A stretch of DNA of 21,454 bases from Candidatus Nanohaloarchaea archaeon (GTDB taxonomy: Archaea > Nanohalarchaeota > Nanosalinia > Nanosalinales > Nanosalinaceae), in NCBI GenBank assembly GCA_042217695.1, contig JBDGSE010000001.1, positions 1 to 21,454 on the forward strand, written 5' to 3'. A program made the translations under genes and the position numbers. The notes beneath the pieces were generated by a model. The model saw only the letters and a program-made list of their open reading frames with translations. It did not search any database and was not told where the DNA came from. Below, piece by piece: positions 1-8,043 of this stretch. How positions within the stretch are numbered: the stretch's first letter is position 1; every line of letters starts with the position of its first letter.

Positions 1-20
1 AAGAGCAGAGACCAGGAGAA

Positions 21-55
21 AGCCGGTGACCCGGGTTCAAATCCCGGACGCCGCA
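21..55 (+). tRNA. 3' part (positions 38-73) of tRNA-Gly, probably the 3' exon of an intron-containing gene; 5' part lies outside the window
   Basis: A-GCCGG (anticodon stem 3' strand), TGAC (short variable loop), CCGGG-TTCAAAT-CCCGG (T arm), ACGCCGC-A (acceptor 3' strand plus discriminator A). This matches the archaeal tRNA-Gly pattern. No encoded CCA. Bases 1-20 are not an anticodon loop, but GGAG(15-18)+AAA(19-21) fits the 3' half of a bulge-helix-bulge. Confidence 0.8.
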
Positions 56-380
56 TCACGTAGTGATGCCAGGCCGGTGATTTGAAGCGGCAGAAAACCT
101 GTTTTCGAGTTCAAATCCCGGACGCCGCAAATTTCTAACAGAAATTTGCAAGTACCGGGTTCCCAGAAAACGAAATTCTAAAGAGAATTTCTTGGAGAAG
201 ATTCTGACCAAAATCTTCGAATCTCCGATTTTCGACATCCCGGACGCCGCAAATTTCTCTGAAAGTTGAAAATCGAAGATTTTCTGCTACAGGAAAATCT
301 GTTTTCCGCGTTTTATCATCATAAACCATGCTCTGCATGGCTTTCAAACAACAGATCTCCGGATCGCATCGGGGAGATTT
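53..380. repeat. Array of partial tRNA 3'-end repeats interleaved with short inverted-repeat hairpins
   Basis: GTTCAAATCCCGGACGCCGCA at 35-55 and 109-129; ATCCCGGACGCCGCAAATTTCT at 115-136 and 237-258. Hairpins at 53-69, 74-121, 127-149, 172-191, 197-218, 268-284, 292-307, 326-340, 355-378. Confidence 0.9.
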
Positions 381-397
381 TCAATCTCAGGGCGCTG

Positions 398-847
398 TCA
401 AACAGGAGAGAACCTGCCTTCGAGTTCGGCCTCCGCGACTCTGTGGCCTTCCATCGCTTCCAGGACGTCCTCCTTCGAAGCAGTTTCGGGGAGATCGAGT
501 GTCGTGTCCACCGCGTACGCCCTGAATCGGTAGGTATGTGTGCCGTCTGGCGGGTTCGGGCCGCCGTAGCCGCGGTCACCAAAATCCGTCATACCCTCCT
601 CTGCGGCCTCGGGAAGAGAACCTTCATCGATATCGGATGTACCCGGCGGGATGTTCCAGACCGTCCAGTGGTCCCAGACCTTTCCAGCGGGTTCGACCGC
701 GTCGGGGTCATCCATCAGGAGGACAAGAGTCTCCGCCTCCGGGGGGACACCACCAAATTTCAGCGGAGGATTGACGTTTTGCCGCGTGTAACCATATTTT
801 TCCGGGATCTCGCCGCCGTCCTCGAAGACTGGACTGGAGAGCCACAT
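398..847 (-). CDS. YbhB/YbcL family (PEBP / Raf kinase inhibitor-like) protein
   Basis: LSSPVF..GGEIP.KY, NPPL, MDDPDA, WDHW.VWNIP, GYGGPNPP..HTY.FR.YAVD motifs; acidic composition like its neighbours. Confidence 0.95.
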   Translation of the reverse strand: MWLSSPVFEDGGEIPEKYGYTRQNVNPPLKFGGVPPEAETLVLLMDDPDAVEPAGKVWDHWTVWNIPPGTSDIDEGSLPEAAEEGMTDFGDRGYGGPNPPDGTHTYRFRAYAVDTTLDLPETASKEDVLEAMEGHRVAEAELEGRFSPV

Positions 848-895
848 AGTGCGTAATAGGAGTTCATGGAACTTTAGTTTTATCCCCGCTACAGG

Positions 896-1321
896 TCATC
901 CTTCCGGGTGTTTCTCCACGAACTTTTCGGCGTCCTCCTCAGCGAACTCTTTCCGAGCGTAGCCGTATCTAGGCAGATCAAGCTCTTCACGGGAGAAATC
1001 GTCTGTCTTTATGGTCCAGAAGCCGGTATCCAGCTGTTCCAGTTCCAGCTCCGCCCCGGTCTTCGAGTGTTCCCAGTGGTCGTCTTCCCGAACCCATTTC
1101 CCGGTCTTTCTCAGGTCACGGCAGTAAGAAGCGTAGCGGCGGTTGCCCTTCCTGGATACCAGTACCGAGCCATCTTCGGCCTGGTATATCTCGTATTCAC
1201 CGCCGTTCGGACCTTCCACCACGACCCGGTCATCCTCTACCTTCTCGACTGTTAACGGGACGGAGCGGTCGTTGAACAGTACACGGTCTCCCTCCTCTAG
1301 TTCTCCGATTTCAACGCCCAT
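896..1321 (-). CDS. Hypothetical two-domain protein (141 aa): N-terminal SH3/KOW-like beta domain plus a C-terminal small domain paralogous to 4329-4532
   Basis: Start moved to ATG 1321, which is preceded by GAGGT with a TATAAAAA about 30 nt upstream. The 28 extra residues in the ORF track are not acidic. The LEEGDRVLFND..PLTV pattern suggests a beta-barrel (inference). Confidence 0.8.
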   Translation of the reverse strand: MGVEIGELEEGDRVLFNDRSVPLTVEKVEDDRVVVEGPNGGEYEIYQAEDGSVLVSRKGNRRYASYCRDLRKTGKWVREDDHWEHSKTGAELELEQLDTGFWTIKTDDFSREELDLPRYGYARKEFAEEDAEKFVEKHPEG

Positions 1322-1454
1322 ACCTCTTTTTTGCCGCAGGAACGTTTTTATACAGTCACCGGTCCATCTCCCACCGGTCTCCGGCCTCATGCAGTGGTCA
1401 GGCATCTACCCCTCCTAGACCATATTTTTATCTCTGAGACACGGTTAGTTTGAC

Positions 1455-3221
1455 ATGGTAAGGAAAAGAGCTGAAATCGATAAGCAGTACAGATGGGACC
1501 TGGAAAAGATGTTCTCCTCCCGAGAAGACTGGGAGCAGGAGTTCCAGGCCGTACAGGACGAACTGGAGAACTTTGACGGTTACCGGGGAAAAGTGACTGA
1601 AAACCCTGAAACGCTGAGGGAAGTGCTTGAACTCCGGGAGGATGTCTCGCGGAGGACTGCGAACGTGGCGGCCTATGCACGGATGAAAAGAGACCAGGAT
1701 ACCCGTGACCAGGATAACCAGGCGATCGCTTCGCGGGCCCAGAGCCTGAGAAGCCAGGTATCGGCCGAGACCAGTTTCATAGAGTCGGAGATACAGCACG
1801 AGGACTCTGAACGTCTGGAAGAACTCATCGAGGCGGAAGAACTCCAGGGTTTCAGGCACGAACTGGAGGACCTCCTGCGGATGAAGCCGTACGCCCTCTC
1901 GGAGGAACTGGAGAACGTTATCGCGGACCTGGGAGACGTTTTTTCCGGACCCTCAGAGGTCTACAGCATGTTTACCGATGCGGATCTGACTTTCCCAGGC
2001 GTGAACAGGGACGGAGAAGAAATCGAGATAACGCAGAACAACTTCACCACGCTGCTGAAGGACTCTGACCGTGAATTCCGGCGAGAGGTCTACGAAAAGT
2101 TTTACGACCGTTTCTCCGATTTCAGGAACACGGTTGCAACGACAATGCAGAAGAAAGTGAAGACAGACACGAAACTGGCCAGGATCCGGGGATATGATTC
2201 CTCGCTGGAGGCCGCACTGACGCCGTCTAACATCCCTGTGGAGCTCTACGACAACCTTATCGCGGCGGTGAACGACGGTATCCCCACGCTGAAACGTCAC
2301 GCCGAGCTGAAGGAAACGACTCTGGGCGTCGACCAGTTGAAGATGTGGGATGTCTACATGCCCGCCACTCGAGAAGAACAGCCCGGGATAGAGTACGACG
2401 AGGCGAAGAACACTGTACTTGAAGCGCTCGCACCTCTGGGAGAGGATTACGTTTCCAGAGCGAGGGAGGGCCTGGACTCGCGCTGGGTCGACGTCTACGA
2501 GAACCGGGGTAAACGTTCCGGGGCCTACTCGGGAGGCAGCTACGATTCGCCGCCCTACATCCTGATGAACTACCAGGACGATGTCAACTCGATGTACACC
2601 CTGGCGCACGAGCTCGGCCACTCCATGCATTCCTTCTACACCACGGAGAACCAGCCGTACAGGTACAGTGACTACGATATCTTTATAGCGGAGATTGCCT
2701 CGACCGTGAACGAACAGCTGCTGACCCAGCACCTGCTTGAAAACGGGGACGAAAAGCTGAAGGCGTTCGCTCTCGACCACCAGCTGGAGAACTTCAGGAG
2801 CACCCTGTTCAGGCAGACCATGTTCGCCGAGTTCGAGAGGACAGTGCACGCAAAAGTCGAGGACGGTCAGCCGCTGACACCGGACTTACTTGACAGCGAG
2901 TACCGCGAGTTAAAACAGAAGTACTACGGCGCGGACATGATGGACGACCGCATCGCCCGGGAGTGGATGCGGATCCCCCACTTCTACTACAACTTCTACG
3001 TGTTCCAGTACGCCACGGGCATCTCGGCCGCCTCCCGGATAAAAGAGTTGATACTGGACGGTAAAAGCGAGGAGTACCTGGAGTTCCTGAAGAAGGGTGG
3101 AAGCGACTACCCGCTTGAACTGCTGGAGACGCTGGGAATCGACATGGTCTCTGGCGAACCGGTGAGAACCGCCATCAACGGGTACGATAAGTACCTGGAA
3201 AGGGCCGAGTCTATAGAGTGA
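1455..3221 (+). CDS. pepF: Oligoendopeptidase F (peptidase M3B)
   Basis: N-terminal YRWDLE, WVDVYEN.GKRSGAYS, TLAHELGHSMH zinc motif, AEIAST.NE, RQTMFAEFE, W.RIPHFY.NFYVFQYATG. Confidence 0.97.
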   Translation: MVRKRAEIDKQYRWDLEKMFSSREDWEQEFQAVQDELENFDGYRGKVTENPETLREVLELREDVSRRTANVAAYARMKRDQDTRDQDNQAIASRAQSLRSQVSAETSFIESEIQHEDSERLEELIEAEELQGFRHELEDLLRMKPYALSEELENVIADLGDVFSGPSEVYSMFTDADLTFPGVNRDGEEIEITQNNFTTLLKDSDREFRREVYEKFYDRFSDFRNTVATTMQKKVKTDTKLARIRGYDSSLEAALTPSNIPVELYDNLIAAVNDGIPTLKRHAELKETTLGVDQLKMWDVYMPATREEQPGIEYDEAKNTVLEALAPLGEDYVSRAREGLDSRWVDVYENRGKRSGAYSGGSYDSPPYILMNYQDDVNSMYTLAHELGHSMHSFYTTENQPYRYSDYDIFIAEIASTVNEQLLTQHLLENGDEKLKAFALDHQLENFRSTLFRQTMFAEFERTVHAKVEDGQPLTPDLLDSEYRELKQKYYGADMMDDRIAREWMRIPHFYYNFYVFQYATGISAASRIKELILDGKSEEYLEFLKKGGSDYPLELLETLGIDMVSGEPVRTAINGYDKYLERAESIE

Positions 3222-4152
3222 TATCCGGGGCGTCCCTGTACAGCGATCTCAGGTCGGTGGAAGGTTCCGCGTTTTCAAGCCGGAACTTTCTTCTCGCCCG
3301 TCCTTTATCGTTCTCTATCTTGTGGTACTTGTAGAACTCACAGAGACAGTTCTGGATGTCAGCCAGGCTCAGAGTCTTTCTCAGGCCGTCCCCATCCTTC
3401 ACGTAGTCGAACTCGATCCCGTGGGTGTCGAACTGGCACTGCTGGTTCCTGGTCAGCCACCGCATGATCTCAAGTCTCTCCTTTTTCCCCGGGTTGTCGG
3501 CCAGCAGCTCCAGACCTTTCTTCGCGCCTGGCCCGGCTTTCGCCCAGTCGTTCTGGTTAAAAGGCAGTATGGAGCCGTCGCCGTTCTCGTATAGAAGATC
3601 GACCGTGACCTGGTACGACAGGAAGTTCCCGAAGCCTGGCAGCTCACGTATTATCTCGTAGACATCTTTCAGTCGGCCGGCGTTCTCGATCCGCTCCCAG
3701 GTCCGGTCGAAACTCTCAGCGACCTCCTCGAAGATCTTCGATACGTTCTCCACCTTGTCCGAGGATTCGTACCCACTGTATCCTGACACGAGGTACGCGC
3801 CGGTAAACACCGGTCCCTCCTCACGCCTTTCCTTCAGAGCGGACTCGAATGCGCTGCGGTCGAACCTTCCAGGCCTCAGGAAACCCAGGTCCTCGTGTGT
3901 CTCGGATCGGCCTATAAGCCTGTAAACCATGACGTTGAACGCCCGATCTCTTGCGGGTTCGTCGCGCGCCATTATCTCCTGTATCGCGTACTGTGTGCCC
4001 GGGTCAAGTTCTCTGTAAACGTTGGTGAACCGGTAGTTCTGCAGTATCTCGTTGTCTGTCCATGGCGGTTCCTCGCCCTCGATCCGTCTCTTCCACACCC
4101 TCTGCCTTTCAGCCACAAAGTTCCAGAACTCGGGTAGCCTCTGAAGCTCCAT
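3211..4152 (-). CDS. aGPT-Pplase1-type (alpha-glutamyl/putrescinyl-thymine 'pyrophosphorylase' clade 1 / nucleotide-kinase-associated) HhH-fold protein
   Basis: FW.F..ERQ..W.RR..G..PPWT...IL..YRFTNVYRELD N-terminal signature; FTGAY; HhH-like ELPGFGNFLSYQV.VDL; AGPGA..GL; L.DIQN.LCEF.KY. Overlaps the pepF stop by 11 nt (convergent). Confidence 0.8.
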   Translation of the reverse strand: MELQRLPEFWNFVAERQRVWKRRIEGEEPPWTDNEILQNYRFTNVYRELDPGTQYAIQEIMARDEPARDRAFNVMVYRLIGRSETHEDLGFLRPGRFDRSAFESALKERREEGPVFTGAYLVSGYSGYESSDKVENVSKIFEEVAESFDRTWERIENAGRLKDVYEIIRELPGFGNFLSYQVTVDLLYENGDGSILPFNQNDWAKAGPGAKKGLELLADNPGKKERLEIMRWLTRNQQCQFDTHGIEFDYVKDGDGLRKTLSLADIQNCLCEFYKYHKIENDKGRARRKFRLENAEPSTDLRSLYRDAPDITL

Positions 4153-4328
4153 AAAAATCGATTTGCAGACCTTAATGACATATATCTTTCCACAGTGACG
4201 ACAGAAACTTTAAATTTCAGAGATTTAAATACTCATTTTCGAGTTTAGAGACCTGGAAAAAGATTTTAACAAGATAAAATATTTAAAAAGCAGTTTTAAC
4301 AATTTCTACAGGGTGATAACGCTCTTAA

Positions 4329-4532
4329 ATGACAGATAAATGGTTTAAATTGGAGGATAAAGGCGAAAAAGTTCACGAAATGTGGGAAAACCAGGAGACA
4401 GGGGAACGACTGGCCGTGGAAGAGTTCGAGGACGGTACATGGGACATCTTTCACAGAGACCTTGTTGAGAACTTCGATACCCCGCAGGAGGCCGTTGAAA
4501 GGGCGAAAGAGGTCATGGATAAACGGCCCTGA
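4329..4532 (+). CDS. Small acidic hypothetical protein (67 aa)
   Basis: Acidic, protein-like composition; GGTGA upstream of the ATG; AT-rich promoter region; aligns by eye to the C-terminus of 896-1321. Confidence 0.8.
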   Translation: MTDKWFKLEDKGEKVHEMWENQETGERLAVEEFEDGTWDIFHRDLVENFDTPQEAVERAKEVMDKRP

Positions 4533-4548
4533 CCTCCTTATTTCTATC

Positions 4549-4869
4549 TCAGAACAGGTCCATGCCAGGTACGTGTCCCAGACTGTCTTTCGCTTCCTCG
4601 CTCATCATATCAGGGCTCCAGCGCGGCTCAAACGTAAGTTCGACCTCGATGTCCTCCTCCTCGACACCTTCAAGCTTTCCCACTTCCTCCCTGACCAGTT
4701 CATCGAACACGCCGTGAAGCGGACAACCAGGAGTGGTGAGAGTCATCTCTATGTAGATCTCTTCGCCAGCCTCTATCTCGTAGACCAGCCCAAGATCGAC
4801 TATATTTACATCCAGCTCGGGATCCGTCACTTCCTTCAGCTGTTCCCTGACCTCTTCCTCGGAAGGCAT
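4549..4869 (-). CDS. DUF59 / SufT-like metal-sulfur cluster assembly factor
   Basis: V.DPEL..NIVDLGLVY, MTLTTPGCP, LTFEPRWSPDMMSE.A motifs. Confidence 0.95.
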   Translation of the reverse strand: MPSEEEVREQLKEVTDPELDVNIVDLGLVYEIEAGEEIYIEMTLTTPGCPLHGVFDELVREEVGKLEGVEEEDIEVELTFEPRWSPDMMSEEAKDSLGHVPGMDLF

Positions 4870-4907
4870 ATCTCTGGTTTGAACCTCAAACTATTTCATG
4901 GTATGGC

Positions 4908-5336
4908 CTATATCAGGTTGTCAGCTGTTGCGGCACCTATCACCGCAAATATCGACGTGAATGCAACCACCTTTGCCGCCACCACGCTCCCTGCGTTGAA
5001 TGTTTCCAGGGGCGATGTAAGCAGGAGCAGCACCAGGATAGAAGCGAACGACACGCCCATCAGCGAGAGATAGCGCCATGTCACCCCGGCCAGCTTCCTC
5101 TCCTCCCTCCAGTCCCTCCCGGATTCTGCCACATAGAGGATACTGTAACCTAGAAGGAAGGAGACCGCGACCGAGGCCAGTGACTGTATATTCGAGGTAT
5201 TTGCGGCCATGTTCCAGACCTCTTCCGTGAAAAGGAACGGGGCGGAGAGAAGCGACCCTCCCAGTACCTGCTGGAAGAAGTCGTCTTTGCCAAACGGGTA
5301 TCCCGGGGAGAGCTTTTTCATGGCGGCCTTCAGCAT
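4908..5336 (-). CDS. DUF2391-like integral membrane protein (start 5336 or 5321)
   Basis: QQ..GG.L...PF.FTEEVW..A and C-terminal IGAA.AD.LI; four hydrophobic segments; abuts the upstream stop codon. Confidence 0.75.
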   Translation of the reverse strand: MLKAAMKKLSPGYPFGKDDFFQQVLGGSLLSAPFLFTEEVWNMAANTSNIQSLASVAVSFLLGYSILYVAESGRDWREERKLAGVTWRYLSLMGVSFASILVLLLLTSPLETFNAGSVVAAKVVAFTSIFAVIGAATADNLI

Positions 5337-6986
5337 CTAGAACACCATGATTATCAGGGCGGCGTAGAGAAGGATAAGTGTTATGGGTGCCAGCCGTATC
5401 AGGATGTTTATACTGAAGATGAGGCTGAGGTAGTCCTCCTGCAGGAGTTTGACGGTTTCAGAGCGGCGAGATACCATTCCGATCCGGGCAGGAGACAGTT
5501 CCTCGACGGCATCGAGCACGACCTCCCGGACATCCTCTTTCCCGGGAGCGGTTTCCCTGGCGAGCTGGTGCACGCTGGCATGTGTATCCGTACTGAAGAA
5601 CAGTACCTCGTCGAACTCCTCCGATAGTTCCTCCTCCAGCTCCATGAGCTCGCGTGTGACCCCGTTACCTTCCACACCGAATATCATGGTTGACTGACTG
5701 CCCACCTCCTCGTTCAGGGCGAAGACAGGGTGTCCGTCCAGACCTGTGGCCGTGCCCGCGGAATACTCCTCCAGTGGTTGTTCCTCCAGGTGTTCCAGGA
5801 AGTCCTGGTAGAAGGAACGGAGTTCCTCTGCCCTCTCCGTGTTGTAGTTGAGCGTCTCCCTGCGGCCTTCATCCAGGTGGTTGTGGAGGTCGGCCAGTAT
5901 CACGTCCTCGTGGTCGACGACCTCCCGGAAGATGGGCATCTCGTAGTCGTCGTGGTATGTCAGGTTCTCCATGAACACCATCTTTTTGCCGTCGAACCTC
6001 CGGCCGTAGAAGTTGACATCTTCGTACTCCTTCTTGACGAGTTTCGACGCCCGGGAAGACTTCTCGGGTTCTCCCAGCGCGTCTATTATCCGGTCCACGT
6101 CGTCCGGATCAGCCAGGTCGGACATGTGGGAGGAGGGGACATGGAAGAAGAACCCCTCCCCAGAGGAGTTGAGATGCTCTATTATCCTGCTTGTGACCTT
6201 GCCTCCGCCGAACCCCTCCAGGGGTCCTGGATGGATCCAGGGGACCGCGACAACGGTTTCTCCTGCCTGGTTCTCGATGGCCAGTGTCTGTACCTCGGGC
6301 CGGGCGCTGTAGCCAAGTTCAAGCGCCTCCTGGCTCTTCTGGAGTATCCCCGAGGTCAGCTGGAAACCGGATACGTTCTCCAGGTTGCTGCCTATCAGGT
6401 AGTCGAGCAACTTCAGGGTGGTGTAGAGGACTGCCGCCGCCACGACCATTATCGCGAAGCTTTCCAGGTATGCGAAAAGTGGGATGGTGAGGACCTCACG
6501 CGTCAGGTAGTTCACGCCGGCAAGCACCATCAGCGGGTGTACAAGGCTTCCCGCCAGTATCTTTTTGAGGTGGCCCTTCCCGAGAGATGAGAGCAGCACC
6601 AGCACGCTTGTCAGGTAGACCGTTATGAGGCCGAGCCAGAGGAGATGCCATGCGTTCACAAGGTTGTCGGCCCCTGTAAGGATGGCCAGGTAGGCGAACA
6701 GGAAGAGCTCGTTCACGAGCCCCAGGAAGTACCCCCATCGCCGGGGATAATCGGGCAGAATCCAGTGAAAGATCTCCGAGGACACCATCACTGGCGCGAT
6801 AAAAAGTAGCAGTGCGAACACGGGCACCAGTCCTGGATCGAGAGGGAAGGATGTGAAATTCGAGAGGAAGAAGTAGAAAAGACCCGCGTACAGACCTCCC
6901 GAGATAAGGATGAGGGCGATTACCTTCTCCAGGGAGGGGATGCTGAAGACGATCTTCTTGAACACGTCCACGTTGTCGGTCGGCAT
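5337..6986 (-). CDS. DUF2070 family membrane protein (predicted membrane lipid hydrolase, neutral-ceramidase-like)
   Basis: About six N-terminal TM segments; soluble domain with P.IHPGP...FGG, H.PSSH..D, DLHNH, GN, STDTH; C-terminal TM helix. Confidence 0.85.
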   Translation of the reverse strand: MPTDNVDVFKKIVFSIPSLEKVIALILISGGLYAGLFYFFLSNFTSFPLDPGLVPVFALLLFIAPVMVSSEIFHWILPDYPRRWGYFLGLVNELFLFAYLAILTGADNLVNAWHLLWLGLITVYLTSVLVLLSSLGKGHLKKILAGSLVHPLMVLAGVNYLTREVLTIPLFAYLESFAIMVVAAAVLYTTLKLLDYLIGSNLENVSGFQLTSGILQKSQEALELGYSARPEVQTLAIENQAGETVVAVPWIHPGPLEGFGGGKVTSRIIEHLNSSGEGFFFHVPSSHMSDLADPDDVDRIIDALGEPEKSSRASKLVKKEYEDVNFYGRRFDGKKMVFMENLTYHDDYEMPIFREVVDHEDVILADLHNHLDEGRRETLNYNTERAEELRSFYQDFLEHLEEQPLEEYSAGTATGLDGHPVFALNEEVGSQSTMIFGVEGNGVTRELMELEEELSEEFDEVLFFSTDTHASVHQLARETAPGKEDVREVVLDAVEELSPARIGMVSRRSETVKLLQEDYLSLIFSINILIRLAPITLILLYAALIIMVF

Positions 6987-6988
6987 CG

Positions 6989-8032
6989 CTACCCCTGTAT
7001 TTGCAGGTAAAGCTCTTCAAGCTGTTCTACCGTTTTTTTAAGCGAGTACCTCTCCACCGCTTCACGCGTCGAAAAGTCATTCTCGAGGCATTCTTCAACC
7101 TTTTTCCTCATCTCCTCCGGTTCTCCAGGGGTGAAACGCAGCCCGTTCTCTCTTTTGATGGTCTGGTCGAAGGGATGCGTGTCTGCAGCCACAACAGGGG
7201 TGCCACATGCATTGGCCTCCAGGGTTGAGAGCCCGAGAGTATCCCCCGTGGACGCCGTAACGAAAACATCGAGACCGGAGTAAAAACCGGGCAGGTCCTC
7301 GCGGGGCAGGAAATCCATGAAAACAACGTTTTCCGGAGCCATGGACTCCAGCTCCTCCTTTTTGGGGCCCTCTCCCACGATTATGACGGTGCCCTCTACC
7401 TCCCGGGCCATCTCCAGTACCTGGTCCACGTTTTTCTCTATGCTCAGACGGCCGCTGTACCCTACCAGAGGCCGTTCAAGGCCCAGACCGTCCAGGAAGG
7501 ACTCCGTCGGGGAAAAGAATTCCGTGTCGACGCCCACCGGCAGTTTCACGGGTTCCACTTCCCGGTCGATGGACTCCGTGGAGGCCGTAACCCTGTCAAA
7601 ACCCCTCAGAAAGCGGTTCTCCAGCGGCAGGTAGCTGCGGGCTATAATGTCGGCCATTATCTTGCTGTGGGTGTTCTGCTCCAGGTAGTCCTCTACCGGG
7701 GTGTGGTGCGTGTAGACCGCTGGTATACCGTGCCGATCGGCGTAGAGCTTTCCCGCGCGTCCTATCCCGAACGGGGAGTGACAGTGGACAACGTCAAGTT
7801 CTGGGAAACGGTCGAACCCCATAGGCGGCGATACGTTGTAACCGTTATAGAACGGGTTCGGGACGGCCGGTACCGGTATCTCTCTTTCCCCGGGTTCATG
7901 CCTGGAGGACTCCGGATAAACTATATAGACCTCATGACCGCGGTCCTCAAGCCGCTCCTTCCAGGACTCGAGCGTGTACGTCACCCCGTCTATCTCGGGG
8001 AAGTAGCTGTCCGTGAAGAAACCTATTTTCAT
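6989..8032 (-). CDS. GT4 glycosyltransferase (monoglycosyl-lipid synthase-like)
   Basis: MKIGFFTDSYFP..DGV, VHCHSPF.IG, YTHHT..EDY, GRLS.EKN, GEGP, DTLGLSTLEA.ACGTPVV. Confidence 0.93.
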   Translation of the reverse strand: MKIGFFTDSYFPEIDGVTYTLESWKERLEDRGHEVYIVYPESSRHEPGEREIPVPAVPNPFYNGYNVSPPMGFDRFPELDVVHCHSPFGIGRAGKLYADRHGIPAVYTHHTPVEDYLEQNTHSKIMADIIARSYLPLENRFLRGFDRVTASTESIDREVEPVKLPVGVDTEFFSPTESFLDGLGLERPLVGYSGRLSIEKNVDQVLEMAREVEGTVIIVGEGPKKEELESMAPENVVFMDFLPREDLPGFYSGLDVFVTASTGDTLGLSTLEANACGTPVVAADTHPFDQTIKRENGLRFTPGEPEEMRKKVEECLENDFSTREAVERYSLKKTVEQLEELYLQIQG

Positions 8033-8043
8033 ACCGGCTCACT

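Noticed and set aside
155..251. tRNA T-loop intron (CCGGGTTC...ATCCCGG) or second functional tRNA
   Set aside because: The junction does not form a clean 3-4-3 BHB, splicing would not restore TTCRAAT, and no D or anticodon arm precedes it.
35..258. CRISPR array from the three ATCCCGGACGCCGCA repeats
   Set aside because: The repeat is the tRNA 3' end, spacing is irregular (74 and 122 nt), the intervening sequences are related hairpins, and there are no cas genes.
56..856. ORFs 56..238, 135..347 and 266..856
   Set aside because: They run through the hairpin array or antisense to the PEBP gene, and their basic composition is unlike the acidic proteome.
1357..1379. CACCGGTC direct repeat in the divergent gap before pepF
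   Set aside because: Only two 8-mers in GC-rich sequence; insufficient to call an operator.
1953..2849. Long antisense ORFs (also 5730..6590, 11725..12309, 14914..15942, 16793..17437 and others)
   Set aside because: Shadow frames of well-supported genes, produced by codon bias; Leu/Val/Phe-rich mirror of Glu/Asp/Lys codons with no motifs.
4153..4328. Replication origin
   Set aside because: AT-rich, but no recognisable ORB (TTCCAxxxGAAAC with G-string) repeats and no adjacent cdc6/orc1.
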